DNA of 64,000 bases from Flaccisagitta enflata (taxonomy: Eukaryota), in NCBI GenBank assembly GCA_965153355.1, contig OZ231126.1:9176001-9240000 (forward strand). The letters run 5' to 3'. The notes under the pieces are model-generated. The model was given only the letters and a program-made list of their open reading frames with translations. It was not told where the DNA came from and did not search any database. Shown piece after piece: positions 1 through 46,713 of the stretch. Within the stretch, counting starts at the first letter, position 1, and every line of letters starts with the position of its first letter. The translations under genes and the position numbers were made by a program.

Positions 1-10596
<10,596 letters not shown>

Positions 10597-12006
10597 TCTT
10601 CTCTCTGTTACCCCCTGGGGGTTCCAACAAGTGATCGTCTTAAACCTCTTCCATCTCCCATATCCCATGGGGGGTTCTAATCAGTGATCTTCCCCAAGTA
10701 TAATCTCTCCTTTCTCCTTTACCCTTTGGGGGTTTCTACAATTGATCCTCTCTCCCTCATTCCCTTCGCCAAGTCTAAAAAGATGATCCTGCTTTCCCCT
10801 CTGCCACTACTTCTACCACCTGGGAAGTTAAATCCATCCCGTGATAACATAAAGAAACAGGTCGCCCAAGGGCTATATGTGGTCAGCGATACCCGTTGCC
10901 CTGCTTTGAGTGATTGTGAATTGAATCAGTCCTAGGGCGAACAAAAGCCCAATCCAACGACCGAGAAAAAGACTTTGGACTGGTGCGAATGTGCTCTTTG
11001 ATCTTTTTCACTATTCATAGTGATGCAACACTTATATGTCATAGCGAGGGTGCCTTATGGTGGCGGCTGCCTTGATAGTTGACATGGCATATTATCAATT
11101 TGGTCGAAAATATGGAACTATGGATCATGGATGTATGCAACTATGCTTCCTAATTTGCACCGACTCCAGTTTTCTGATGCAACGGATATATCTAGTCACG
11201 CTTATTTAATCAACTTGCAACTGTTTACGTTACAACGATGATACCGTCTGTGGGAAGTGTTTAATATCTGCTCGCGCGCTCATCCCAAAGCTCCAAATCC
11301 ATGGTCGCCGATCATTTTAGTTCGGAAGGTTACGGCGTAGCGTCTAGCGAGTGTGGGTGTAATAAAAACTGTAATATGGCACCTTCCTTATCTCAGCGGC
11401 TGATTGATAACTCGTTAATAATTTTAATACAATGCAATGTCATTGTCATGTTCGTGGGAATTTCCGTCTGTAGTTAATCGAGATTTGTTAAAGAAATCGA
11501 TACAAATAAAACGCTTTATCTCAATTTATCACCGTCTTTTATTTTTCGAAGACGCCCTTCCGTGTGTCTGAATTCCAGCGTTCAATGAAAAGTTCGGTCA
11601 AACAACGAAGATCCATTTGACGATGACAGTTATTGTAGGGAGATACCGGTAAAAGATGTAAATGTTGTCGAGTTTCTTGTCAGTGGACGATACTTCCTCC
11701 GCGATTTGGGAAATCATGATTTCTTGAGACAAAGAAAACTAACAATTACGAAATCCAAATGACAATGTCACATTGACGAAATTTTGAGGAATTAGGGAAA
11801 AGCTTATTGCATTGTTTCATCGACGACTGTATTAGCGTCGATCGGGAATGATGCAGCATCAACCAAACCGACCGAACGCTGCCTTTATTCTGTGTCTATT
11901 GAATACGAACTTGATCTTAAACGCGCTAATCGCCTACGACTAGACAAAGATGGCGTTAATTGACGATCGTGATTGGTTAATCTCCCACATTCGTCACTGA
12001 TGTATA

Positions 12007-12410
12007 CAGATGGGACCCTAATAAGAGCGGAGGAGGGACCCAAAGTTTTAGCATCACCCCCTACAGCTTATACGGTTCAAGTAAATTTCTCACTTGTGGT
12101 GGCGGAATATACCTTAGGTGGATACAATTGGCGCCACTGTGGCAATTTTTTAATTTCCACCTAGAACACCTCCAAATTGTCAAAATTGAAGAAAAAATTG
12201 TTCGATTTTTTGGGGGGCTCCAGAGGGTGATTTGGTGAAATCTAAGGGTGTTCTAAGTGGAAATTCAAAAATCGCCACAGTGGCGCCAATTGTATCCACC
12301 TAAGGTTTAAACCGCCATAGCAAGTGAGAAGATTGCTTGAACCATTTAAGCTGTAGGGGGTGATGCTAAAACTTTGGGTCCCTCCTCCGCTCTTATTAGG
12401 GTCCCCTCTG
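12007..12410. mobile_element. Tc1/mariner-type MITE, palindromic
   Basis: CAG...CTG termini with TA on both sides (12005-12006, 12411-12412); inverted arms of ~165 bp starting GGGACCCTAATAAGAGCGGAGGAGGGACCCAAAG. Confidence 0.88.
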
Positions 12411-12426
12411 TACTTAAGAAGACGAG

Positions 12427-13757
12427 ATGGCGTTAATCGACGATCGTGACTGGTTAATCTCCCACATTCGTCATTGTTTCGTGACGAGTGACGAATCCGG
12501 ATTCTGCGAACACGTTTTAGGCAAAGACGAAGAATGGAAACGAATTATCGAGGATGATAAGGAAGAAGGAATCGGCAGACGAGGAGATCAACTTCCGGTT
12601 TATGCCAGGGGCAACGATGAAGGAGCCGAAGGTCGGTTTCGGAAGAAGTCGATTTGCTGAAATGTTGTGATTCGACTTCTTCCCTTTCTTCATTTCTTCT
12701 TCATATTATTGCCGTACTTCTAAAGCCGCGGTTCTATCCGCTTTTTCTTTTCATCTTCTTCTTCTTGTTCCATCTCTTCTACTGCCTCTTGTTTCGTTTG
12801 TCCTTGGTTTCCTCTGCCTTCTTCCTCTTCTTGCTTCCATCTTCCTCTTGTCGTTGTTGTTGTTCCTCTGCTCTTTATTCTTCTTCTCCTTCTTCTCCTG
12901 ACCCTTCCATGTTGTTGTTCTTCTTCTTTTTCTTCTTCTTCTTCGTCTTCTTCTGAGCCTTCCACGCTTCCCTCCCTTTCACCCAATCACACATCCAGGT
13001 TCTCCCCCATCTTCCCCTTTCCGTTGTCCGTCGGTGTCATCCTTCTCCTCCTTCCGTTCCGCCTCTTCCTCCGCATCCGACGCTGGCTTCGTGTTGCCTC
13101 CTTCGCCCGATTTGCATTTCGACGTTCGTCCATCTCCTCGTCCGACTCCCAACCGCAGCAGCCCGTCAGTCGGCGACGACAACGCCCATAAGTCACGACG
13201 AGTCCTTGCCTCTCGTCAGGCCGAGGCCGCCGCAAACTACGATCCCAAAATTGGCGATCAACTGTTTGTCAAAAAAGAACTGGAAGAAATCGATATAAAG
13301 AAGACGAAAACCGGCGGTGGTAGGACCGAAGGAACGGAGATGGTACGTTTTGTACAAACTTGCGCTTTATCAACGAGCTTTCCCGCGCATAAATGAATCG
13401 AGATCTCTCAAGTTTTAGCTAGTCATTGATTTTAGTGTAAGCTATTGATTGATTTCAACGAGGGCTATTGATTGAATTTAACGAGGGCTATTGATTGATC
13501 GATATTGCTAGACATTTAAGCCATTGATTGTCTTTCCAGGTTTCGTCGTTGCGTAAACTGTTGAGTGTGGCGGCTAAAATGCCAGCCAATCCATTCTTCG
13601 AATTCGTCCAATTCGACGGCGCTTCACATCCCGGACTGCCAGTCAAACGAATACACATATTCCTTTCCATGTGCCAAGGTAAGTATGGTCTGGATTCTTT
13701 TTCTTTCTTTCTTTCTTTCTTTCTTTCTTTCCTTCTTTCTTTCTTTCTTTCTTTCTT

Positions 13758-13796
<39 letters not shown>

Positions 13797-16700
13797 TTCT
13801 TTCTTCTTTTTTTCTCGTCCTGCCTTCTGTTTTTCTTTCTTTCCTCTTTCTTTTTCTCTCATTCTGCCTTCTGTGTTTCTTTCTCTTGTCCTGCTTTCTG
13901 TCTTTCTTCTTGTCTTCCAATGCTTATCATTCTATTTTAGTCGCGGACCTCAATGGAAGTAAGCCTTAATACCTATCTCCCTTCCTGCCTCATCATCGCC
14001 GTATTTCCAGACTTGTGACAATTATTTCAGGTGACGATCGATGGCAGCCGTTGGCGATCGCAGTCACGTGGACGGCCAAAGTTTCTGTGGGTGACTTGGA
14101 TTTATTTTTATTTTTAGTCGCGTGCTACGCGACTCTACACCTCGCTCTATCCGTCCGTCCGTCCGTCCGTCCGTCCGTCCGTCCGTCACACTTTACTTTT
14201 TTTCTTGGTTTTCGTGTTCTTTGGCCTCACTGCTGCCCAAATGATCAAGTGACCTCAAATACGGCCCCTGCCCCTCCGCAAACTGATGATATTGCTCCAT
14301 TTGTTAGGATCACTGTCTCTGGTGAGGCATAACCGGTATTCGACTGAATGTGTTCACTCCTACCATTTCTTATCAATTCAGGAACTGATCGGTCTCATCT
14401 GCCATCACTACATTCAGTCCGGTCGTGAGCCGAGTTTGAATAACTCCACTCCCGCCGGATATTCGCTTCACATGGCAGACGACGATGGCCTAGTCGAGGA
14501 AGACTTCGCACCCCTCGACCCTAGGTGAAAAGTGATAACATCATTTTACAGTAGAGCAATCGTAATATGTGTTCGCTTTTAGAACCTTATGAAGATATTT
14601 TATCCAGCTACCATTATCCGGATATTCTACCTAGTAGTTCTTTAATTTTGTATGTCTGTATAATCCGTATAATGATTGGGGGGGTCGGTAACAACGAACT
14701 TTGGAAATGCCAGTCGGACATATGACCAATGTGTGCACAAAAACGATATATAAACACATGTGAACGGAAAAAGGAGTCACACCATATCGTTTACAGTCGT
14801 GCCACACCCCTTATTTACATTGTAATGAATAGGGAGAAGGAAGAGGAAGAGGAAGCTCCTATACTTTACTATGGGAAAGGTAGGGTTGGCACGACTATAA
14901 ATGATAAAATCTCATGAACTTTTCCTTCTAGTTCTCAGGTTGTTTTGTGATTGCGAATGGTCTGGTGATATGTCCGATTGGCATTTCCAAAGTAGGTTGA
15001 TACCGACCCCCCCAATAATGATTTCCGCGAATTAAGGAGAGACTTTTGGCACTGCAGAACAAAGAAGAATAAGAAGCGCCATCGAAATAAATTGGTAGCC
15101 AGCATTAAGATCCTCATTTGCATATTGCAGTTTTACTTTAATAGCTCCCATATAATGACAAAAAAATAAAATTAATCAATTTGAAGTATGAAATCACATA
15201 GAAGAACAAGTTGGTGAGGTTCAGAAAAAAAGAACACTTTTGCATTTACAAAACTTATCAACACCATATCGTATATATTTTAGCCGCCCCTAAATGGAAT
15301 TGATATGTAAGGCAGGTAAAAAAAATTATTAGATGTGGTGGAATTGTCGGAGCTAGCTTTGTTGGAGCCGGCTTTGCTGCGAAAGAAATCTATCGGCTCT
15401 CCGGCTTATACGAGAATCACGTTGTTGCCTGTGTTGATGGTATTTTTCAATGTTTGATAATTCGTTCGCGGCCCGCTGTAAGGGAGGGGCTGATCTTTCC
15501 TACCATTGAGGTCAATCTCGGCAGCGTACGGGGAAAACCTCTGCCCCCGCCCCCTCCCCCCCCTCCACCGATAAGAACCAAGAATCTGGGAAGTACTTAC
15601 GTATAAATTGACTTGTATTGTCTTTTCGCAGAGAGCCGATTTCCAAGTTTGACTTTCCAAATTTGGCTTTAGTTGAACATGAACTGCCGCCCGAAGCCGA
15701 GGAGGAACCTCCCGCTATTATAACCGGTGAATCTTTAAGTGTCAAAAGATAGATGGTGCTTGTTTTTCGATATACAATTATACAGACATTCACTCATTCA
15801 TACACCTATACTTTCATTCACTCATTCTCTGGTTCACTTATCATTCATTCTTTGATTCATTCATTCATTCATTGATTTAAACACTCATCCATATCATTCA
15901 TTCACCTACTCTTTTATTCATTCGCGCTCTTCCATTCGTTACTGTTTCATTCATCCCATAACTGCCATTTCTCTCCATTATGTGTAGTTAATATACCTCA
16001 ACGTGGATGGGGGAAGATACAAGTGGAGAACGAGGGTCTCCTCATGCGAGACATCCTCAAAATCGTGCTGGAAAAGCGCCGCATCAGGGAAGGCCGCGGC
16101 CGCGAATACGGTTTAGCACGGGAAGACGACCCAGGTAGGTCAACTGGATAATAAATTCAATTTTGTCAGGCTAGGCCGCTATGGCGAATACGTTTTACCA
16201 CATGGAGATTACACAGGTGAATCAACTGAGTAAGTTTCATCACATCGACTGGATAAAAGATAAGGGGGCAGACCAGTCCAGATTATGGTTTAGCACGAAG
16301 AAGATCCATGTACAGGGCCGGGCTACAGGCTGACGGCTATGAGATTTTCTTATTAAGTCGCTAATGTCTCAACAAAACAGTCATTGTCTGCATTCGCATT
16401 CGCTCATATTCAATTGACCAATCTACGCAGAGCGGTTGTTGGATCTGGACCGTCCTTTGCGAGAGATGGGGACTCTGGAGTTTCGTTTGAAGCGATTGAA
16501 TTGTTACGATCCCGAGGCAGACTCCAACAACGCAGACGTCGACTTCAAGGCTCAAGATCATCAAGAACTGCTCTTCCCTTTCCCACTCCTCGGAGACGAC
16601 AGAAGATATAAAGTCGACATTGTCAAAAGAATTAAAGTAAGAGATTCTAGAATCGTGTGACTAGATGTGCCGATTCTGTGTGGCATCACTGGCATGTTGT

Positions 16701-18718
16701 CAATGCTATGCGGCAGGCAAGCTCCAAAGTGCGGAAGGTGTGGCCCAGACTTGGCCATAGAAACCTAACGAAACCAGATTGGCTGCTAACAGTAGGGACT
16801 GGCTTCAATTCAACAAGATTTGCCAACTTTTATGATCATATGACCGACTTACGTATGGCCACTGTTTGCGGTTTCGTTCATCACTTATGGTAGATGGAAT
16901 CCTCATTTACATATTGCGGTCATAAGTTTAATACAGGCTGATGAACGTTCTGTATACAATAATAGAATCATTCTCAGCGTAAATAAGCGCTTCATTCTTG
17001 TGACCAAAAAATTGCCCGATGACTTCGTAAATACAATGCCCGAAAACCCATTATGAATAATTTTGCTTTACCTCCGAAGACGATTAAATTTTGTTATAAG
17101 GGTTGCGATACTTTCTTTGAAAAATCGTGTCGGACGTAATAATTCAACGCTCATCTTGTGATTCTTGTCCATGACCCAGCACCCTATCCAATACGCTGCG
17201 GCGGGGTGGTTTTTGGCATTGTCACGCAGTGACTTCTGCGACATATACATACTCACAGAGCGTTGCGCAGAAGCAACGATTCAGTTTAGATGTTTTACCC
17301 ATTGATCACTTAAGACAAACAGGGGGCGGAAAGAAGGGCGGAAGTTGGGGTGCGGTCCATATCCTTTGTGCATACAAGTGTATGAAGCGTGTATTATGCA
17401 TGAAAAAAACACCTTTGTTTTTGTGTTTGTTAAGTTATGATAAAGTTTCCTCTGCATGAGTTTATGTTCATGGCAGGCCTGTATATTGTTCTACATTCCC
17501 CCCCCCCCCGGTGGGGGGGGGAAAATAATCAAAGGGTTTGGAGATGGGGGAAAAAAATTAAGGGGGAAAAAAGAGAAAAAAAGAAAATTTGGGGAAAATA
17601 AAACTTTTGGCAATACCAAATCATAAATAATGATTAGTAAAACACAAATTAACATTATTTAAACCTTAAAAACACTGTTTTATTGCTATATGGGGAAGAA
17701 AAACATAGATTTTATAACGCAACGCGACGCGTCGCGGGGAAGAAAATCAAAGGCAGGGGGGGGAAACTAATCAAAGATCATAGAACTATATACATCCCTG
17801 GTTCATGGTTACTGCCTTCCAGGCTAACGTCGAGGCGCATTTGGACATCAGCGGTGAACAGGTGAAGTTGGAGCCTTTGGTCACCGGCGCGGCCAAATCT
17901 GTGCTCATGGATGTCGAGAACATCCTCGAAGCTGTCATCATCAACGAATCAAAATCAAAAGGAACAGCGCTTTTCAGGTCGGTTGGTCCTACCCTAACCT
18001 GTGAGACTGAAAGGCGCCTGGGGACTATTCCTGTTCCCACTATTACCTTTGATAGATTCATTCATTTATTGTTTTTCCATTCAACATCCAATCATGATCA
18101 CATCGATATCGACGTATGTATTCAGATCCTTTTAACGTCTATTTAATGAGCTGCACTTACATTGATTAATTGAATCCTTTGATCATTCATTCATGCCATA
18201 TGATTGGATGAAATTGCAAAGAATTGGCTGTTGACCATGTGGCAGTATTATACCCATGTCCAATTGTCCATTACTCTCATGCACCTGTAAGGATCCGAAT
18301 TTGTTCTTCTGGCCGACCATCTGCTTAGTGCTTATGTATTACTTCTATGTCCATTTTGCTCATGTATCTGTCAGGAATGGATATTGTCCTTCTGGCGGAT
18401 CATCGGCTTATGTATTTATTCTATGTCCATTTCGCTCATGTATCTGTCAGGATCGGGTATTGTCTCTCTGTTAGAGCATCTGTACATTTATTAATTCTAA
18501 CCATGTCTATTTCTATTCATGTTTCTATTCATGTATATTTCTATCATGTATCTGTTAGGATCGGGTATTGTCCTTCTGGTAGCAGCGACGTCAAACAAGT
18601 CAAGCTTTCCTGCGTGACTTTGGTCGCCAACGAAATCGTCGACAAAATCAGCGACATTCTCAAAAGACATTCCGCCAGAAACGACACCAAAACAGAATAT
18701 AGACGCAAATGGACTTGA
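12427..18718 (+). CDS. MAPKAP1: mTORC2 subunit SIN1 (MAPKAP1), 10 exons
   Basis: Exons 12427-12631, 12999-13342, 13540-13678, 14031-14086, 14382-14524, 15632-15726, 15988-16134, 16431-16636, 17823-17977, 18559-18718, all in frame. N-terminus MALIDDRDWLISHIRHCFVTSDESGFCEHVL; CRIM-domain motifs NPFFEFVQFDG, ELIGLIC and DDDGLVEEDFAPLDPREPISKFDFPNLALVE; then RBD- and PH-like segments ending ANEIVDKISDIL. Confidence 0.93.
17474..17800. mobile_element. hAT MITE
   Basis: TIRs CAGGCCTGTATA / TATACATCCCTG; 8-bp TSD GTTCATGG at 17466-17473 and 17801-17808. A second family member is inverted at 42848-43154. Confidence 0.88.
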
Positions 18719-19289
18719 TACTTATTAGTTGATATCAACGAACTTCAGCGGGAGATGTTCTTCATTAATGTCTGCGTCGTTCGCTAGTCATGATTAGACA
18801 TTTCTGAAGCAATCCTGTTCTTAGCGTGATCATTTTCGATTTTTTCCACTTCGTAGTTTTTGACAACACTGCCTTTCATAGATTATGTATCGTCTTAATT
18901 GCATTTCTTACGATCTCTGTTATATTCGTTCCGATTTTCGCGTTTTGAATCACGAATTGGGAAGGACATTTATGGGTTATAGGCGTCGTACCATTCCCCA
19001 AAGGTATTTATGGTTGTGGTTTCATGTTTTGAGATTCATCTACAGTAGTTATTTTGAACCTGCGCAGGTGCAGCTCTCTGATGAGAAACTGAATGACAAA
19101 ATCGATTGATAAAGAGTTGGGGATCCCTTTCGGGACTGACCGTCATGTGGACATTTATATAGATTGGGCTGTGAGTTTCACTCTCAGGATGCGCAAAACG
19201 TCGAAAGACATGAATACATATGAAGTCATTTGTTAGTCGCGTGCTACGCGACTCTACACCCCGCTATGTCGGTCCGTTGGTCGGTTGGT

Positions 19290-20034
19290 TGTTTTACAAA
19301 CGAGGGGTGGTGGCGGCGATGGATGGTAAAGGCGGCATCGGTTCTTCCATCACCTTGAATCGGTCGGCGCCATCTATGGATTGCTGGGTGTCAAAGGTCA
19401 AGTCCTCATGGGGTGAGCCACCATATTCGTCCCCAAAGTTCAATCACGCAATGAGCGTACCCGGATTCCTGGCTCGCTCGTATCCCTCGATCAGCATATG
19501 AATGACCTGGAGCTTGATGGGATGAAACTCTCATATAATAATAAGGGACCATTGCAAACGAATGCTGTAGCCAAACTAGCCCTAATCATGTCATCTTTCC
19601 TATCATAAACAAGTAAAGAATCGATTGAGACAAAGGAAAAAGTGTTGTTCTTTTGCACACGTACAATGAATAATAATAATGCCCTAAGAATCATACGTAA
19701 ACGCTGTATGCCATCATACTACCATTGGCACACTACCATTATCGTCCATCTTTTAGGCCCAAAGGGACCACCGTTTTTAGGCATGAACATCTTCAGAGTC
19801 TATACAAGGCTCATCAAGAGCTAGAGTCATCGTCATTCCATCATCTGCGATCATCATCTGCAGATTACTCCGTCATCTGCAGCGCCATCTGCAGCATCAT
19901 CCGCCATCTTCCAAATATCATACTACACGGGCATTTTGAGCCCCTTTGTAGCTAATTTTCCATGTCAAGGTATAATGTTCATCCATGATTCGATTCCCGG
20001 ACCTATAGACAGAGGGATAGAGGGATATGTAATA
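19290..20034. mobile_element. Possible degraded solo LTR inserted into a HINE microsatellite
   Basis: A unique 745-bp segment splits a family-1 HINE (19231-20178); GTTGGT on both sides; termini TGTTTTACA...TGTAATA are an imperfect TG..CA. Confidence 0.4.
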
Positions 20035-20367
20035 GTTGGTTGGTCGGTCGGTCCCCTTTTTACTTTTCGGCGTTTACTTTTTGAGCATATGGCTCCTGCC
20101 CAGATGCCCTAGTGACCTTCTCCAGCACTGCTCCTGCCCACCCGCACGCGACTAGGGTAGCCGTGTATCCGGCGTTGTTTCATTTGATTTCATTTATACT
20201 TGAAGCAACTGTCCAGCAAATGATATTCAAGAACAAATAAAGAGACTTCAGTTTATCCATTCGAGATGGACAATTATGGTTAAAACGGTTGTCTCAGGGA
20301 AAAAAAAACCTTGAACCGTCACGTCATATTCTGTACTTGGGAATCTAGAAACTGTTTAAGCGCGAAG

Positions 20368-23300
20368 ATGGAAGTGGGTGAAATGGCCTTTGTGACCTTG
20401 CTGAATGATATCGTGCATGTTGGAAGACAAAAAACAAGGTGAGATTCGATTTATTTTGCTGTTCTGACTGGTCTAAGTACGTAAGTTGGTCTGTCAGGTC
20501 ATCGACCAAAACTAATCTGTTTTCGGAAATCCATGGGCGTTCTATAATTGGCCATTTGTACGCAACTGGGTGTGTCTAACCGGAAAGTGCTAATAGTTTC
20601 CCCATTGCCGTTTCAGGTGGGAAAAGGCGAAAAAAGCTTCAACCTGCTTGACTGACGAGTCGTTCGCAAAGTTGCTTCTTGATCTACTACTGTACAAATC
20701 TATCCCGACAACTGGCATACAAGAGAAGAAGAAGATGAAGAAGAACGAGGAAAAGGAAGAGGAAGAACTGAAAAGAGACTTCAAAGAAGAGGACTGCGAA
20801 GAAGTTGATAGCGTCGTGAAGCTTCCTCTGAATAATGTTGTGGTAAAAACAGAGAATGTAGAATCGGTAGCTGTTGTCGCGGAAATGGTAGCCGATGAAA
20901 TGATTTCAAACGTCGCCGTCGATGCCCAAAGAGACACCAGATTCCCAGGCGTCGATGACCGCGCGCCCGTCAATCCTCTTGATACGACCGATGGACGTGA
21001 TAGTGACCTGAATGGGACTGAAACGAAGAGAGCCACGCGGAATCGGAATAAGATAAAACAGCCAATTATGACTATCAAGAAGGACCTTCCTCCTAAAACG
21101 GAAGTGAAAAGTGAATCCACGAATGATGTCAAAGCTGAAGTGCCAAAACGGAAAGGGGGTCGACCTCGCAAAATAAAAAGAGGACGACCGCCAATATACA
21201 CCAAAGAAGAGGCTGAGAAAGCCAAGCGAGCGCAATATCAAAGACAACGGGAGAAATACGAAATGCAAAAAGTAAGAGCATTGGGGACGAAAGAATATTT
21301 TTAGATGGGATCAAATTCGTATGAAAAGCGAAATTTGGTGATGAAAAAAAAACCAGGCCAACACCTTTTAGACGCGTGCGGTCGTCAAGACTAAAAGACA
21401 AAATGTAAAATGACTTGAAACGACGTAAAACGGCAAAAAAAGCAAACGCATACTGACGGACGGACGGACCGACAGATATAGCGGGTCGTAGAGTCGCTAC
21501 TAAAAAACAAAGGGAAAAGCAAAGTATGACGGACCAAGGGACGCAGGCGGTCTCTCCAACTGATTAAATGTTTTTTTGAGTCGCAAGCACGGGACTAAAG
21601 AGCTTAAGAGACGTATCTTTTTCATATCAGGCGGCTTGGAAGGAGAAATACAAAGAATATTTTGAAGTAAAGGGAGAAGAAGCCATTTGTCGTCTCTGCA
21701 AGTGCCGCTCAAGTTATGCAACAAACCACACTGCTTTAGGCTTTCATTTGCTCTATAGCCACGGTGAGTTCAGTTTCCAAGGACCTGTTAAGTGGTGACT
21801 TAAGTCACCTGTGAAATGATTTCAAAAACAAACTTTTTACAGGGAAGTGCAATAGGGACGGATGGGAGCCATTCCCCTTATCCAGTTGAGTGGTGACTTT
21901 GGTCACTTGCTTGCTTTAAAGTACAAATGTGTGTAACTTCCACGACGAACCTTCGTTTGTAACTTTCTTCACCATCATTGAACTGTTGCACCCATGAAAT
22001 CACTGGTGCTACGGCCATGGTCAAATAGCATACGATTTTTAATCATGATGATACAAATAGAAGAAGCGGGTTCATGCGCGTGCACGTTTTTTGGTAGGAC
22101 AACCCCATTACATAGCTTTTACAGGGAATTTTTGCAGGGATTCTTAAGTTCAGTCAAACATAGATTCTCCTTTCTCTGGTTTTATCCTAGGTTTAAAACG
22201 GCGTGGGGATTCTTTTCAACCGCTAGTTTGCGAAAACGGCTGCGATGAATCCATGAAGTTTTCTTTTTACAAAGATTATAAAGTACACAATGAGATATTT
22301 CACGGCTTGCCAGGTATAGTATAGTAGTAGTAGTTGTATAATATAGTAGGTTTTTACTTCACTATGGGATCTATGATATTAATCTCATTTCCCTTCTCTT
22401 GCAAACAGGGAGGAAGCTGAAAAATTTGAAAAAGGAAAAGAAGAAGAAAGATGATGCGATATGTCACATTTGTGGTGAAATCTCCCCTAGCATTTACCAT
22501 AAGCTGAAACATAAGCATAATGAGATGATCGAATGCACAGGTATGATTCTTTAAGTTACCATCTGATTAATGTTTCTATTTACCAGTTATGGCTAGTGTT
22601 CCGCTCGTATTCAATTTTTATCTTGAATTTTATATTTCTATTTGGCCCTGTGGTCTGAAATTTGAACATATGCACCAAAGGTGAGAAAAACGTATTTGGC
22701 TTCGTTTTTCTTCAGTTTGTCGTAAACTAATCCCGAAAAAGAGAATCACAATTCATAACAAAGTGCATCGGCGTGGGATTTGTCCATATCCTAACTGCAA
22801 AAAAGAATTCAAATCTGAGAACTTTCTCCAAACTCACATTCTAATGTAAGCACTAGAATAAAGAAAACGGCGGTTTCAGGATCGTTAAGTCAGAATTCTT
22901 GCGGCATTGGTATTGCTTGTAATGGTTTGATTACTTGGACTACATGAAGTCAATAAGTTTAAGAGCTTAATTTGTAACCATTGAAATTTTGATCTTCTCC
23001 ATCTTACAGTACACACAAACGGCACCTGCTGAAGTGGTATCGCTGTCCTCATTGTCCCAAAGCATTTCGTGTGAGTGTAAATCGTGTAATCCATTTTATA
23101 TTGAGTGGATTAGAAAATCCTCCGTCCACACCACTGAGCCATATTACATTAATTGCGCCTTAATTATAAATCAAAGTTTTGGTGTCGGTTAGTAAGGACG
23201 AATATGTGTCTTGTTTTTCAACTCCACTTTAATGGGAATGGACGGAATTTGGTTTGGGTTAGGGGTGGTGTAACGGATCAAATTAGGGGCGGGGTTGCGG

Positions 23301-23983
23301 CTTGGGATTTGTGTCAAACCAAAAACAATAGGTATTTCTCTGAACTTAATTCGCACACACATGGCCACAATACAATGGACTCGATCTATCTAGCACCTAT
23401 CTGGATATAGGGCACATTTGAATTTGTTTTTGTTAATTTTAATGATTTAATCAGGTAAAGGGAAGGTTGCGGAGACACAAAAAAACTGTACACCATTTTT
23501 GGCAACCATTTGAATTATTTCATTGTCCCGAACCTGGCTGCAACCAATCATTTAAGCGGGAGAAGACGTTAGAACATCATTCCAACATGCACAACAAAAT
23601 TAAACCATACCAGTGTATCTGGTGCAATTTTACAGGTATTTTCCTCAATACTTGTAAAGAGCTTATTGATGGCAGTAGCTTGAATGTTTACTCCTAATCT
23701 TTTGGCCGTAATCATCATGATTACGTTGTTTACCTGCCGTAGATTACTCATGTTGGTTGGCTGACATGATTTGGCAGGCTGATGAAAGCATTTGAGCCGA
23801 CAATTAAGTATTCTTCTGATTGGATTTTGCCTCAATCTCTCCGCAGGAGTTCAGCAAAATAATATACGTTCACACGCTTCTACTTCTCACCAAGCCGAGT
23901 TCCTCAAAGCTCAGGAGTCAAATGAAAGATACTGGCGTAGGACAGATTCTACCCTTGTTGAGCCATCAACTTCCGAGTCATGA
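20368..23983 (+). CDS. ZF-A: AT-hook + BED-like + C2H2 zinc-finger protein (ZNF692/ZFP91-family-like)
   Basis: Exons 20368-20438, 20617-21271, 21631-21763, 22191-22313, 22409-22540, 22716-22845, 23010-23070, 23455-23635, 23847-23983, all in frame. Motifs RWEKAKKASTCLTDESFAKLLLD, KRKGGRPRK/KRGRPP, WKEKYKEYF...AICRLC...LGFHLLYSH, CPEPGCNQSF...HSNMH and KPYQCIWCNFT. Confidence 0.85.
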
Positions 23984-24163
23984 AACTTTTAGCAACATAT
24001 TTGTCTGCTGCTTGAAAGGAGCCTCGAATACTTTATCTACTCTGCGTTCAATGCCGTTTGATTATATTTGTTATATTAGCTTTATGTTGACTTTCAGCAA
24101 CCGTCCAGGAAATATTTTTCATGCGCTGATGCCTATGATATATGACTAAAGTAACAGTGAGAG

Positions 24164-46713
<22,550 letters not shown>

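Noticed and set aside
19068-19122. Hammerhead ribozyme or SECIS element (CTGATGA...AAAA...GAT) downstream of SIN1
   Set aside because: The GAAA core is mutated, stem II is absent and stem I is out of register; the SECIS upper helix does not pair and no in-frame TGA needs recoding.
19965-20005. tRNA fragment (GATTCGATTCCCGG, B-box-like)
   Set aside because: No cloverleaf or A-box could be built.
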